From NCBI GenBank assembly GCA_017959005.1, contig JAGDBO010000016.1, forward strand, positions 46,407-110,406: DNA of 64,000 nucleotides, written 5' to 3'. This stretch comes from Bacteroidales bacterium. Lineage in GTDB: Bacteria > Bacteroidota > Bacteroidia > Bacteroidales > UBA932. The notes below the pieces were generated by a model. That model saw only the letters and a list, made by a program, of their open reading frames with translations. It searched no databases and had not been told where the DNA came from. The translations under genes were made by a program, and so were the position numbers. This document shows positions 37,546 through 46,364 of the stretch, in pieces (within the stretch, counting starts at the first letter, position 1; each line of letters opens with the position of its first letter).

Positions 37546-38766
37546 ATGAGAATTCCTTCTATTAAAGTCAAAGGCAAATTGCTCTCAAGTTACAAGGATA
37601 TATTGTTGACCATTTTTGCCACCTCTATATCTATTGTACTTACCTTTGGAACAGCAAATTATCTTGAACAGCGCCAGATGAAGAAAATCCGCCGTCACGC
37701 GGCTATGCTGGTAATCTTTGATATTGAACAGAGTATAGATAAGGTCAACAAACTCAAAGAAGAAGAGGAGAAGAATTACAATTGGGCGCAGCGTGTGATG
37801 TTCCAACTGAATCAAAACCAGGAGCCGGCAGCAGACACTTTGCACGGTGTCTACAAGTATCTGGTGGATATGGGAGCAAGCCCTGTGGAGTTTGATTATG
37901 GGAAGGAGCGTTATTTCCAGGCTAACCAAGTCTCTTGGAACCGTCTGAAAGACAATATCAAACTGGTTGATTTGGTTCAAAAATTCTACAACAGCCGCCG
38001 TGAGTTTCAGGAGTTGTTAAATGACTTGAACTTCAAACATCCTATCTCTCACCAGGAATATGTGGAGGACAGATGGAATGAGGGCTACAACCAAAGCCAC
38101 CAGGGTTTCAAAAATCTCATTCAGAAAAAGATTAATGAAAAGAGTGTATTGTACTATCTGGGAGCCTCTTCCAAACGTGTCTTGCTCTACTCCACCTATG
38201 AGCAAAACTGGCAGACAGATGCCTATGCAATTAAGTTTTTGATGGGACTTACAGAGGAGGAGTATCAGAACTACATAGACAAATCTGAACAGATGGGCAA
38301 AAAGGCCTCTTCTAAAGATATTATGGGTAAGATGGTTGAAGCGGGTGCATCCTTCTTTTCCGGTGTCAGGGAACTTGTTTTCAATGATGATCACACCTTT
38401 AAGTGCACCTTCATTCGCCATATTGCGCCACCTGTTAATATGACCGGTTACTCCGTTCATACCTCCTATTACGGCGGCACTTGGGAGCTTTCCAAGGGTT
38501 GGCTTGTCTTTCACAATGATCCAAACAGTATTGGTGTCACTCATGATTATTCTCCTTTGGTTTGCAAAAGCCAGGAAGAGTTGGATATCTATGAGAAAGA
38601 GATAGCTGGATGGTGGAACGTTGATGTATGCAAAGAAGCTATGAATCAGAACGGTCCAACCAGCACCTATTTTGTCACCGTAGATGAAAGCAAAAAGAGG
38701 TTTGAGATGTTCAAACAGGTAGACAACCTCCTCAGCCGTGAAGGCGTCTACTACGTCAAACAATAG
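37546..38766 (+). CDS. Membrane-anchored hypothetical protein (orphan)
   Basis: 406 aa. Single N-terminal TM (ILLTIFATSISIVLTFGTANYL), a helical middle and a beta-rich C-terminus. TATATTTG box at 37517-37524. Low GC. No domain recognised. Confidence 0.55.
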   Translation: MRIPSIKVKGKLLSSYKDILLTIFATSISIVLTFGTANYLEQRQMKKIRRHAAMLVIFDIEQSIDKVNKLKEEEEKNYNWAQRVMFQLNQNQEPAADTLHGVYKYLVDMGASPVEFDYGKERYFQANQVSWNRLKDNIKLVDLVQKFYNSRREFQELLNDLNFKHPISHQEYVEDRWNEGYNQSHQGFKNLIQKKINEKSVLYYLGASSKRVLLYSTYEQNWQTDAYAIKFLMGLTEEEYQNYIDKSEQMGKKASSKDIMGKMVEAGASFFSGVRELVFNDDHTFKCTFIRHIAPPVNMTGYSVHTSYYGGTWELSKGWLVFHNDPNSIGVTHDYSPLVCKSQEELDIYEKEIAGWWNVDVCKEAMNQNGPTSTYFVTVDESKKRFEMFKQVDNLLSREGVYYVKQ

Positions 38767-38810
38767 CCCCAACTCCCGCTTCCATCCCTGCTCTGTTATA
38801 AAATTTTGTT

Positions 38811-38838
38811 AAAAAGGTTGTAGCATTACAACCTTTTT
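38811..38838 (+). terminator. Rho-independent terminator after the orphan gene
   Basis: AAAAAGGTTGTA-GCAT-TACAACCTTTTT, a perfect 12-bp stem. Confidence 0.8.
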
Positions 38839-38849
38839 GAAAACATTTC

Positions 38850-38857
38850 TTATATTT
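38850..38857 (+). promoter_or_regulatory. Candidate -7 promoter box (TATATTTG) for the Fic gene
   Basis: TAnnTTTG match 30 nt upstream of ATG 38887. Confidence 0.45.
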
Positions 38858-38886
38858 GCACCTGAAATGATAAAGAGTAGCATTGT

Positions 38887-39954
38887 ATGAAGTATCTGAA
38901 TATCAAGAAGGCGCTGGCGGCATGGCAGGATTTACAGCCACTCTCTGAGAAAGATAGAGAACGGTTGAGCCGCAGGTTTACTGTGGACTTCAACTACAAC
39001 AGTAACCATATTGAGGGCAATACGTTGACGTATGGGCAGACGGAAATTCTGCTGCTGTTTGGCAAGGTGATTGGTGAGGCTGACGTTAGAGACGTTCAGG
39101 AAATGACAGCTAGCAATGTGGGGCTGAATATGATGACTCAGGAAGCTCGCGTGAAGGAAATGCCGTTGACACAGAACTTTATTCGTACACTGCATAAGAC
39201 GTTACTACGGGAGGACTACGTAGTGTATCGAGACCTTCCGGGAGGCCTGCAGACAAACTATACGGTACATGCGGGACAGTACAAAACCCGCCCAAATAGC
39301 GTGATTACCCGATACGGTAATCGTTTCGAATATGCATCGCCCGAGGAGACTCCGTCATTGATGACTGACCTGGTGAACTGGTACAATGCGGCCGAGCAGG
39401 AGGGACGATTGTCGCCTGTAGAACTGGCGGCTTTGTTCCACTACCGCTATATCCGCATTCACCCGTTTGAGGATGGAAATGGGCGCATTGCCCGCTTGAT
39501 AATGAACTTCATCTTGACGCGTCACAACTATCCGATGATTGTTGTGAGGAGCCGTCTAAAGAGCGCATATCTGGAGGCACTGCACCAGGCAGACCTTGAG
39601 GTGGGGCCTGTGCTCGCTGATGGCGCTCATGCTGAGCTTAGGGACATCAAGCCTTTCATGAAGTACTTCAACGAGCTGGTGGCTACTGAGGTGTACAATG
39701 ATGTGCTGTTCGTAAGCGAACGGGATAAAAACGTGTGGTGGTATGACGGAGAGCGGATTACTTTCCGCACGCCCAACTACACTAAGATACTGAATGCTAT
39801 GCAGACGCAGCCTACACTTACATTGGCAGATATGAGAGACATAACGGGCATCAGCATTGCTGCCATACAGAAGTTGTTGGACCGGTTGCTCCAGAAAAAG
39901 TATGTGGAGCGTGGAGATAAAGAAGGCAGTTGGAGGGTGTATGTAACACAATAA
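38887..39954 (+). CDS. Fic family protein (probable AMPylase) with N-terminal inhibitory helix and C-terminal winged-helix domain
   Basis: 355 aa. Fic motif HPFEDGNGRIAR, N-terminal SNHIEGN matching (S/T)xxxE(G/N), and a C-terminal wHTH-like segment. Confidence 0.85.
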   Translation: MKYLNIKKALAAWQDLQPLSEKDRERLSRRFTVDFNYNSNHIEGNTLTYGQTEILLLFGKVIGEADVRDVQEMTASNVGLNMMTQEARVKEMPLTQNFIRTLHKTLLREDYVVYRDLPGGLQTNYTVHAGQYKTRPNSVITRYGNRFEYASPEETPSLMTDLVNWYNAAEQEGRLSPVELAALFHYRYIRIHPFEDGNGRIARLIMNFILTRHNYPMIVVRSRLKSAYLEALHQADLEVGPVLADGAHAELRDIKPFMKYFNELVATEVYNDVLFVSERDKNVWWYDGERITFRTPNYTKILNAMQTQPTLTLADMRDITGISIAAIQKLLDRLLQKKYVERGDKEGSWRVYVTQ

Positions 39955-39956
39955 AA

Positions 39957-39983
39957 TAAGGCGGTCCGGAAGGGACCGCCTTA
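39957..39983. terminator. Hairpin terminator between convergent Fic and epimerase genes
   Basis: TAAGGCGGTCC-GGAAG-GGACCGCCTTA, a perfect 11-bp stem. Confidence 0.7.
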
Positions 39984-40008
39984 CTGTTATGTGCGAAAAG
40001 GTCTTTTT

Positions 40009-41196
40009 TTAGTCCTCTTGAGCGGCGAACTTGAGGTCTACTCCCTTGTTGATGGAGAGGCCAAGACCAGGTTTGGATGACGGAACAATTCTTCCGTCCT
40101 CAACTGTTGAGGAGTGGAAGCAATCGTTTGCTATCAGCCAGTTACCGTCAAGGTCTGTCCATTCGCAAACAGGAGCAATCTGAGCACCGGCTGCAATGGC
40201 AACAGAAGTCTCAGTCATACAGCCAATCATAAGTTTCATACCGAGTGCCTGAGCCAGAGATACCATCTCTCTTGCCTCATGCAGTCCGGTACACTTCATC
40301 AGTTTGATATTGATTCCTGAGTAGTGGCCGTATAGTTTCTTTACGTCAGTAAGTCTCTGGCAAGCCTCATCTGCCATAATAGGAAGAGGTGAACGCTCTG
40401 TAAGCCAGCCGGTTTCCTCAAGCATAAGCTTTGGCATAGGCTGCTCAATCATATTGACGTTCTTGGTAGCCAGCCAGTTGATCATATCAAGAGCATAGTG
40501 CTTGTCTTTCCATCCCTGGTTTGCATCAATACAGATTGTAGTATCCGTTACCTCACGGATGGTGTTGATCATCATCTTGTCCTGCTCCTCGCTTCTTCCG
40601 AGTTTAACTTTGATGAGGTGACCCTCTGCGGCAGCCTCTTTTGCCTTCTCAAGAACCTCATCGTGAGAAGCCAAACCAACTGTAAATGAGTTGTAAGGGC
40701 AGTTCTTTGGGTTGAATCCCCAAATCTTCCACCATGGCTGACCAATCATATTTCCTACAAGGTCATGAAGAGCAATATCTATGGAAGCCTTTGCTGCACA
40801 GTTATATGTGGTGATGGCATCCATCTCCGCCATAATCTCTCCAATCATAAACGGATCCTTAAATTTCTTAAGGACAGGTCTTGCCTTCTTCAGGTAATCA
40901 ATTGCAGAGTTGGTAGTCTCCCCAAGATAAGGCGGCATTGCTGCCTCACCGTATCCGATGTAGCCGTCATAAGAGATTCTGGTAAGTACGATAGGGGTTG
41001 TACTTCTGGATGAGTTGGAGATGGTGAAAACGTGTTTCATCTTTGCGGTGAACGGGCACCACTCAAGTTCCAACTCTTTGGTTCCCTTAGGTTTGGAGAT
41101 ACCTTTTGCACGAGCGAAAATCTGTGAAGGGCTCAGAATAGCAGCAGCCGCTCCAATAAGTCCCGCGCTCTTTAGGAATGTTCGTCTGTCGGTCAT
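40009..41196 (-). CDS. Dipeptide (L-Ala-D/L-Glu-type) epimerase, enolase superfamily, with twin-arginine signal
   Basis: 395 aa. N-terminus MTDRRTFLKSAGLIGAAAAILSPSQIFA. Enolase-superfamily motifs KVKLG, IDANQGW, MIEQP and MADEA. Confidence 0.75.
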   Translation of the reverse strand: MTDRRTFLKSAGLIGAAAAILSPSQIFARAKGISKPKGTKELELEWCPFTAKMKHVFTISNSSRSTTPIVLTRISYDGYIGYGEAAMPPYLGETTNSAIDYLKKARPVLKKFKDPFMIGEIMAEMDAITTYNCAAKASIDIALHDLVGNMIGQPWWKIWGFNPKNCPYNSFTVGLASHDEVLEKAKEAAAEGHLIKVKLGRSEEQDKMMINTIREVTDTTICIDANQGWKDKHYALDMINWLATKNVNMIEQPMPKLMLEETGWLTERSPLPIMADEACQRLTDVKKLYGHYSGINIKLMKCTGLHEAREMVSLAQALGMKLMIGCMTETSVAIAAGAQIAPVCEWTDLDGNWLIANDCFHSSTVEDGRIVPSSKPGLGLSINKGVDLKFAAQED

Positions 41197-41219
41197 GTCA
41201 GTTGATTTTTATTATGATT

Positions 41220-42437
41220 TTACTTTGTCAGTCCTGCTTTTGCTACGCTTACAACGCCCTTGCCCTGGTCTGCGGTTCCAATGATTCTTCTGGCTTTGAG
41301 AAGCCTCTTGGCACCTGCATAGTAGTCATTCTCTCCAGGGATTAAGGAGTTGATTCTCACAACGTTGGAAGAGTGGATAATCATACCGTCACCCATATAG
41401 ATAGCAACGTGGGTAACTCTCTCACGTCTCCCGTTTTCTGCTTTGCGTCCAAAGAAGAGAAGGTCTCCCGGACGTAAGTTTCCAAGCGCCTCTTTTGTGT
41501 AATCTCCCTCCACAAATTTGTGAACGTCTACGCTGTCTCCGGTCTTAACCTGCTGAGAAGCGTCTCTTCTTAAAACATATCCGTTGAGGAAGTAAGCGCT
41601 CTTGCTTAAACCGCTGCAGTCTACGCCCTTTACGGAGGTTCCGCCCCATACGTACGGGAAGCCGCAGAACTGCTTTGCCGTCTCAATTATGTTCTTCTCA
41701 GTTGGCTGTGCGTTCTTCATCCAGACTTTAAGGTCAATAACGTCAGAAGCGGGAACGTAACCTGTTCTTCCGTCTGTAACGGATACCTTTCTCCAACTTC
41801 CGCTCTTGCCCTCATCTTTAAGAATGCAACCCCATACCAAATCACTTACAGGCAGTGAGTTAACATTCTTCTCAGAGTAAAGCGTAGAGTATTTCTTTGT
41901 TACAAAAACTTTTGGTTTTGCTAGGTATGCGTCATACTCCTCTTCCGTCATCTCAGTAATGCTGCGGGTAATTACCCAAGCGGTGTAACCCTCCATGTTG
42001 ATGCAGCGGTACCAATCGTCATACTCCTCCAAAATTCTTACAGGCATTCCCATAAGTGCCTGAGTACCACTCTCTGCGCTGAATCCGGGGTCACTGTTGA
42101 AACTTGCGGTAGACATACATACTATTCCGTAAGTCTTGCCTTTCAGAGAATTGGAAGGAAGAAGATCTATTCTGTTCTGAGCGTTGATACCTGCGTCTGC
42201 AAGTCTTGCAACGAGTTCTTCAACAGCCTCTTTTTCTGTGGTTGAACCAATTAGAAGAAGTTTGCCATCCTTCTCAATGAGAGAAACGTTGTAAGTTTTA
42301 TCTCTGGAATCGGGAGCGTATTTAGCTTTAACCTCTGTGTTGATTTTGTTAAAGAGCATACCCGCACCCTGAGCGGAGAGGGTAACGCTCCAAAGAAGTG
42401 CTACGGAGAGTAGCAAGAGAAATTTTTTCATCGTCAT
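41220..42437 (-). CDS. NlpC/P60 (C40) peptidase with SH3-like domains (gamma-D-glutamyl-diamino acid endopeptidase type)
   Basis: 405 aa with a signal peptide. GVDCSGLSKSAY (Cys) and HVAIYMGDGMIIHSS (His). Confidence 0.8.
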   Translation of the reverse strand: MTMKKFLLLLSVALLWSVTLSAQGAGMLFNKINTEVKAKYAPDSRDKTYNVSLIEKDGKLLLIGSTTEKEAVEELVARLADAGINAQNRIDLLPSNSLKGKTYGIVCMSTASFNSDPGFSAESGTQALMGMPVRILEEYDDWYRCINMEGYTAWVITRSITEMTEEEYDAYLAKPKVFVTKKYSTLYSEKNVNSLPVSDLVWGCILKDEGKSGSWRKVSVTDGRTGYVPASDVIDLKVWMKNAQPTEKNIIETAKQFCGFPYVWGGTSVKGVDCSGLSKSAYFLNGYVLRRDASQQVKTGDSVDVHKFVEGDYTKEALGNLRPGDLLFFGRKAENGRRERVTHVAIYMGDGMIIHSSNVVRINSLIPGENDYYAGAKRLLKARRIIGTADQGKGVVSVAKAGLTK

Positions 42438-42503
42438 AAATGTTAACAGAGCAAATGTACAAAAATTAAACGACTATATTTGTATCAAAGAGCAAGTCAT
42501 TAT

Positions 42504-43403
42504 ATGGAATTAAACTCATTTGTAGATTACTTCAGACAAAAGTACGGAGCCAGGCTTCAGAAAGTGGTTGTGGATGCAGGATTTACCTGCCCTAACAGAG
42601 ACGGAAGCAAGGGCTTTGGCGGCTGCTCTTTCTGTGAAAACAACGCCTTCCACCCCAACTACTGCACTCCGGACAAGCCTCTGTTTCAGCAGATTGAGGA
42701 GGGTATAGAGTTCCATAGGGTGCGTTACCGTCATGCTCAGCGCTACATTGCCTACTTCCAGCCCTACAGCAATACCTACGCCCCTTTGAAGAGGCTTAAG
42801 GAGCTCTATGAGACGGCCCTTTCGCATCCAGATATTGAGGGGATTGTGGTGGGTACCCGGCCGGACTGCATAGATGAGGAGAAGCTGGATTACCTGGCGG
42901 AGCTCTCTGAGAAACATATCGTGATAATAGAGTATGGCATAGAGAGTTGCTATGACAAAACGCTGGAAAGGATAGGGCGCGGTCATAACTTTGAGTGTGC
43001 CAGATGGGCGGTGGAGCAGACGGCACAAAGGGGGCTTACTCAGTGCGGCCACTTCATATTCGGCCTTCCGGGGGAGAGCCTTAAGATGATGGAGGATGAG
43101 GCAGAGATTATCTCCTCCCTTCCACTTACCGCCGTCAAATTCCACCAACTGCAGATAATCAAGGGGACCCGCATGGAGATGGAGTATGAACTTCATCCCG
43201 ATGATTTCCATTACTTCACCCTCAGCGAGTATCTGGACTTTATCTCCGCTTTTATCCGCCGGCTCCCCCCTCACCTCTATATAGACCGCTTTGCCTCTGA
43301 GGTGCCGCCCCGTTATCTCTCTCCTCTTCAGAAGAGTTGGGGGCTTATCCGCTATCAGGAATTGCTCTCTATGCTAAGAGAGAGGATGGCGGAGGCAAAA
43401 TAG
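42504..43403 (+). CDS. TIGR01212-family radical SAM protein
   Basis: VVDAGFTCPNRDGSKGFGGCSFC cluster motif. ATG 42504 is preferred over the TTG at 42480. TATATTTG box at 42475-42482. Confidence 0.75.
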   Translation: MELNSFVDYFRQKYGARLQKVVVDAGFTCPNRDGSKGFGGCSFCENNAFHPNYCTPDKPLFQQIEEGIEFHRVRYRHAQRYIAYFQPYSNTYAPLKRLKELYETALSHPDIEGIVVGTRPDCIDEEKLDYLAELSEKHIVIIEYGIESCYDKTLERIGRGHNFECARWAVEQTAQRGLTQCGHFIFGLPGESLKMMEDEAEIISSLPLTAVKFHQLQIIKGTRMEMEYELHPDDFHYFTLSEYLDFISAFIRRLPPHLYIDRFASEVPPRYLSPLQKSWGLIRYQELLSMLRERMAEAK

Positions 43404-43472
43404 GTTTTGCTGCTTTGGGCGGAATTGAGTATATTCGCCAAATTATTGTAACGCAACTCAAATACATCCGCC

Positions 43473-44960
43473 ATGCAGCAGAAAACTAACAAAACGGACT
43501 TTGACCAGATAGTTCTGGAGGGTCTTACATTCGATGACGTTCTTCTTGTTCCGGCTAAGTCCGGAGTGCTTCCAAGAGAGGTAAACATCTCTTCAAAATT
43601 CACCAGAGAGATAACCTTGCAGGTTCCTATAGTATCTGCTGCAATGGATACCGTAACAGATTTCAATATGGCAATAGCCATTGCCAGAGAGGGAGGTATA
43701 GGTGTAATTCACAAGAATATGCCTATTGAGATGCAGGCAGACCAGGTCCGCAGAGTGAAGAGGGCAGAGAACGGAATGATCTTTGACCCAATCACCATCT
43801 CCCCGGATGCTGTTGTGGCAGACGCACTTGGAATGATGGCTGAGAATCACATTGGCGGTATTCCGGTTGTAGACAAGAACAATAAACTCATAGGAATAGT
43901 TACCAACAGAGACCTCCGCTTTGTTTCAAACAAGAAGACTCCTATCTCTGCAATAATGACCAGCGAGCACCTGGTAACCACTTCAAAGACAGATCTTAAG
44001 GAGGCTACTCGCCTGCTTCAGAAATATAGAATAGAGAAACTTCCTGTAGTTAACAAGCAGGGTGAGTTGGTGGGACTTATTACCTACAAGGACATTACCA
44101 AGATTAAGGATAATCCTAACGCAAGCAAGGATTCTATGGGCCGTTTGATGACGGCTGCCGCGGTTGGAGTTACAGCGGATGTTATCAGCAGAGTTGAGAT
44201 ACTCTCTGAGGCTGGAGTTGATGCAATAGTTATTGATACCGCTCACGGTCACTCAATGGGCGTTATGGAGACCATCAAGAAGGTTAGAAAACAGTTCAAG
44301 AGCCTTCAGATTGTTGCAGGAAACATTGCTACCGCTGAGGGAGCTAAAGCGCTGGCAGAGTGCGGCGTAGACGGAGTGAAAGTTGGTATAGGACCTGGCT
44401 CAATCTGTACAACCAGAGTTGTTGCAGGAGTTGGCGTTCCTCAGCTCTCCGCAATTATGCTTGCAAGCAAGGCGCTCAAGGGTACCGGAATTCCAATCAT
44501 AGGTGACGGCGGAATCCGTTACTCAGGAGATATAGTGAAGGCTTTGGCCGCAGGTGCAAGCACCATTATGGCAGGGTCTTTGTTTGCAGGTGTGGAGGAG
44601 TCTCCGGGAGAAACCATCATACTCAACGGAAGAAAGTTCAAATCCTACAGAGGAATGGGTTCTTTGGAGGCGATGCAGCAGGGTTCAAAGGATAGATACT
44701 TCCAGGATATGGAGGATGATGTTAAGAAACTTGTGCCTGAGGGAATTGTTGCACAGGTGCCTTACAAGGGAAGTCTGAACGAGGTTATCTACCAGATGGC
44801 CGGAGGACTGAGAGCCGGAATGGGATACTGCGGCGCGCCTGATATTGAGACTCTTAGAAAGGCTAAGTTTGTAAGGATAACAGCTGCGGGTGTAAGAGAG
44901 AACCACCCTCATGATGTAACAATCACACGTGAGGCTCCTAACTACAGCCGCGGACTTTAA
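43473..44960 (+). CDS. guaB: IMP dehydrogenase
   Basis: 495 aa. CBS pair and catalytic loop [11 protein letters not shown]. Confidence 0.95.
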   Translation: MQQKTNKTDFDQIVLEGLTFDDVLLVPAKSGVLPREVNISSKFTREITLQVPIVSAAMDTVTDFNMAIAIAREGGIGVIHKNMPIEMQADQVRRVKRAENGMIFDPITISPDAVVADALGMMAENHIGGIPVVDKNNKLIGIVTNRDLRFVSNKKTPISAIMTSEHLVTTSKTDLKEATRLLQKYRIEKLPVVNKQGELVGLITYKDITKIKDNPNASKDSMGRLMTAAAVGVTADVISRVEILSEAGVDAIVIDTAHGHSMGVMETIKKVRKQFKSLQIVAGNIATAEGAKALAECGVDGVKVGIGPGSICTTRVVAGVGVPQLSAIMLASKALKGTGIPIIGDGGIRYSGDIVKALAAGASTIMAGSLFAGVEESPGETIILNGRKFKSYRGMGSLEAMQQGSKDRYFQDMEDDVKKLVPEGIVAQVPYKGSLNEVIYQMAGGLRAGMGYCGAPDIETLRKAKFVRITAAGVRENHPHDVTITREAPNYSRGL

Positions 44961-44986
44961 TTGATAAAAAAGTAAAACAGATAAAG

Positions 44987-46360
44987 ATGTCTTTAAGAAA
45001 GATTACGATTGTTGCAGCCTCATTGGTTCTGATGCTCGGTGCATCTTCTGCCAATGCTCAGATTTACAAGAACGGACTGATAGACAAGACAATAGCACTC
45101 ATTGGAAATGAGTCAATATATCTCTCTCAACTTGAGGAGCAGGTTCAGCTTATGATGGCTAACGGAACTGCAACCCAGGATGAAAAACTGATGAGATGTC
45201 AGATTTTGGAGAGCACTCTCCAGCAGAAACTTTTCCTCAACCAGGCAAAGATGGACTCCCTTACAATCTCCACAGATATGGTAGAGTCTGAGTTGGCCGG
45301 CAGAGTGGACCAGGTGATGTATCGTCTTGGAGGTCAGAAGGAAGTGGAGGAATATTTCCATAAACCGCTCTTCCGTCTTAAGGAGGATTGGAGAGCAGTT
45401 TTAGGTGAGCAGAACCTTATTGGTCAGGAGCAGCGTCAGATAGTTTCCGCAGTTCCTAACCTTACTCCTAGCGAGGTCCGCAGATTCTACAAGAGAGTGG
45501 ACAAAGATTCTCTTCCGGAGATTTCTACACAGTACCGTCTGCGTCATATCGTTCTCTATCCTGCTAAGGAAGACGCTGTTATGGCCGTTAAGGAGAGACT
45601 TCTGGAGTTCCGTCAGAGAGTATTGAACGGAGAAAAATTCTCTTCACTGGCAGCTCTCTATTCAGATGACAAAGAGTCTGCACTCAGAGGCGGAGAACTT
45701 GGAATGGCTCCTAAAAATATGTTCTGGCCTGCATTCTCAGACGCTGCTATGAGTCTGAAAGAGGGGCAGATATCTCAGATCATTGAGACACCGGACGGAT
45801 TCCACCTCATTCAGATGATTGAGAAGAATGGAGATATGTTCAATGCAAGACATCTTCTTCTCAAACCTAAATTCTCATCAGAGAATCGTGAGGAGTGCTT
45901 TAAGAGATTGGACTCTCTGAAAGAGGCTATACTCATAGACAGTATCACTTTTGAGAGAGCGGCGCTTCTCTTCTCCAAAGATCCAAAGACCTTCCTTAAC
46001 GGAGGTCAGATGGTAGATGAGAATACCGGTGCTATCTACTTTGAGAAAGACCAGCTCAATCCTGCTGATTATAATATGATTAAGGATCTTAAGATTGGTG
46101 AGATAAGCGTACCGTTCGAGTCTCAGGGCAACGAGGGAAGAGGTAACACCATCTACAAGATTATCCGTCTGGAAGAGATTGTTCCTTCTCACCGCGCAGA
46201 TGTTGACAAAGACTTTGTGGCGGTGCAGAACTTTGCCCACTCCGTTGAGCAGGAGAAGGCCATCAAGAGATTTATAGAAGAGAAACAAAAGAGCACCTTC
46301 ATCAGAATAGATGAGATGTTCAGAGATTGTCCGTTCCAAAGCAAGGGATGGGTTAAATAG
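44987..46360 (+). CDS. SurA-like periplasmic peptidyl-prolyl isomerase (parvulin domain)
   Basis: 457 aa with a signal peptide. PPIC rotamase region ...GGELGMAPKNMFWPAFSDAAMSLKEGQISQIIETPDGFHLIQ. Confidence 0.75.
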   Translation: MSLRKITIVAASLVLMLGASSANAQIYKNGLIDKTIALIGNESIYLSQLEEQVQLMMANGTATQDEKLMRCQILESTLQQKLFLNQAKMDSLTISTDMVESELAGRVDQVMYRLGGQKEVEEYFHKPLFRLKEDWRAVLGEQNLIGQEQRQIVSAVPNLTPSEVRRFYKRVDKDSLPEISTQYRLRHIVLYPAKEDAVMAVKERLLEFRQRVLNGEKFSSLAALYSDDKESALRGGELGMAPKNMFWPAFSDAAMSLKEGQISQIIETPDGFHLIQMIEKNGDMFNARHLLLKPKFSSENREECFKRLDSLKEAILIDSITFERAALLFSKDPKTFLNGGQMVDENTGAIYFEKDQLNPADYNMIKDLKIGEISVPFESQGNEGRGNTIYKIIRLEEIVPSHRADVDKDFVAVQNFAHSVEQEKAIKRFIEEKQKSTFIRIDEMFRDCPFQSKGWVK

Positions 46361-46364
46361 TTCT

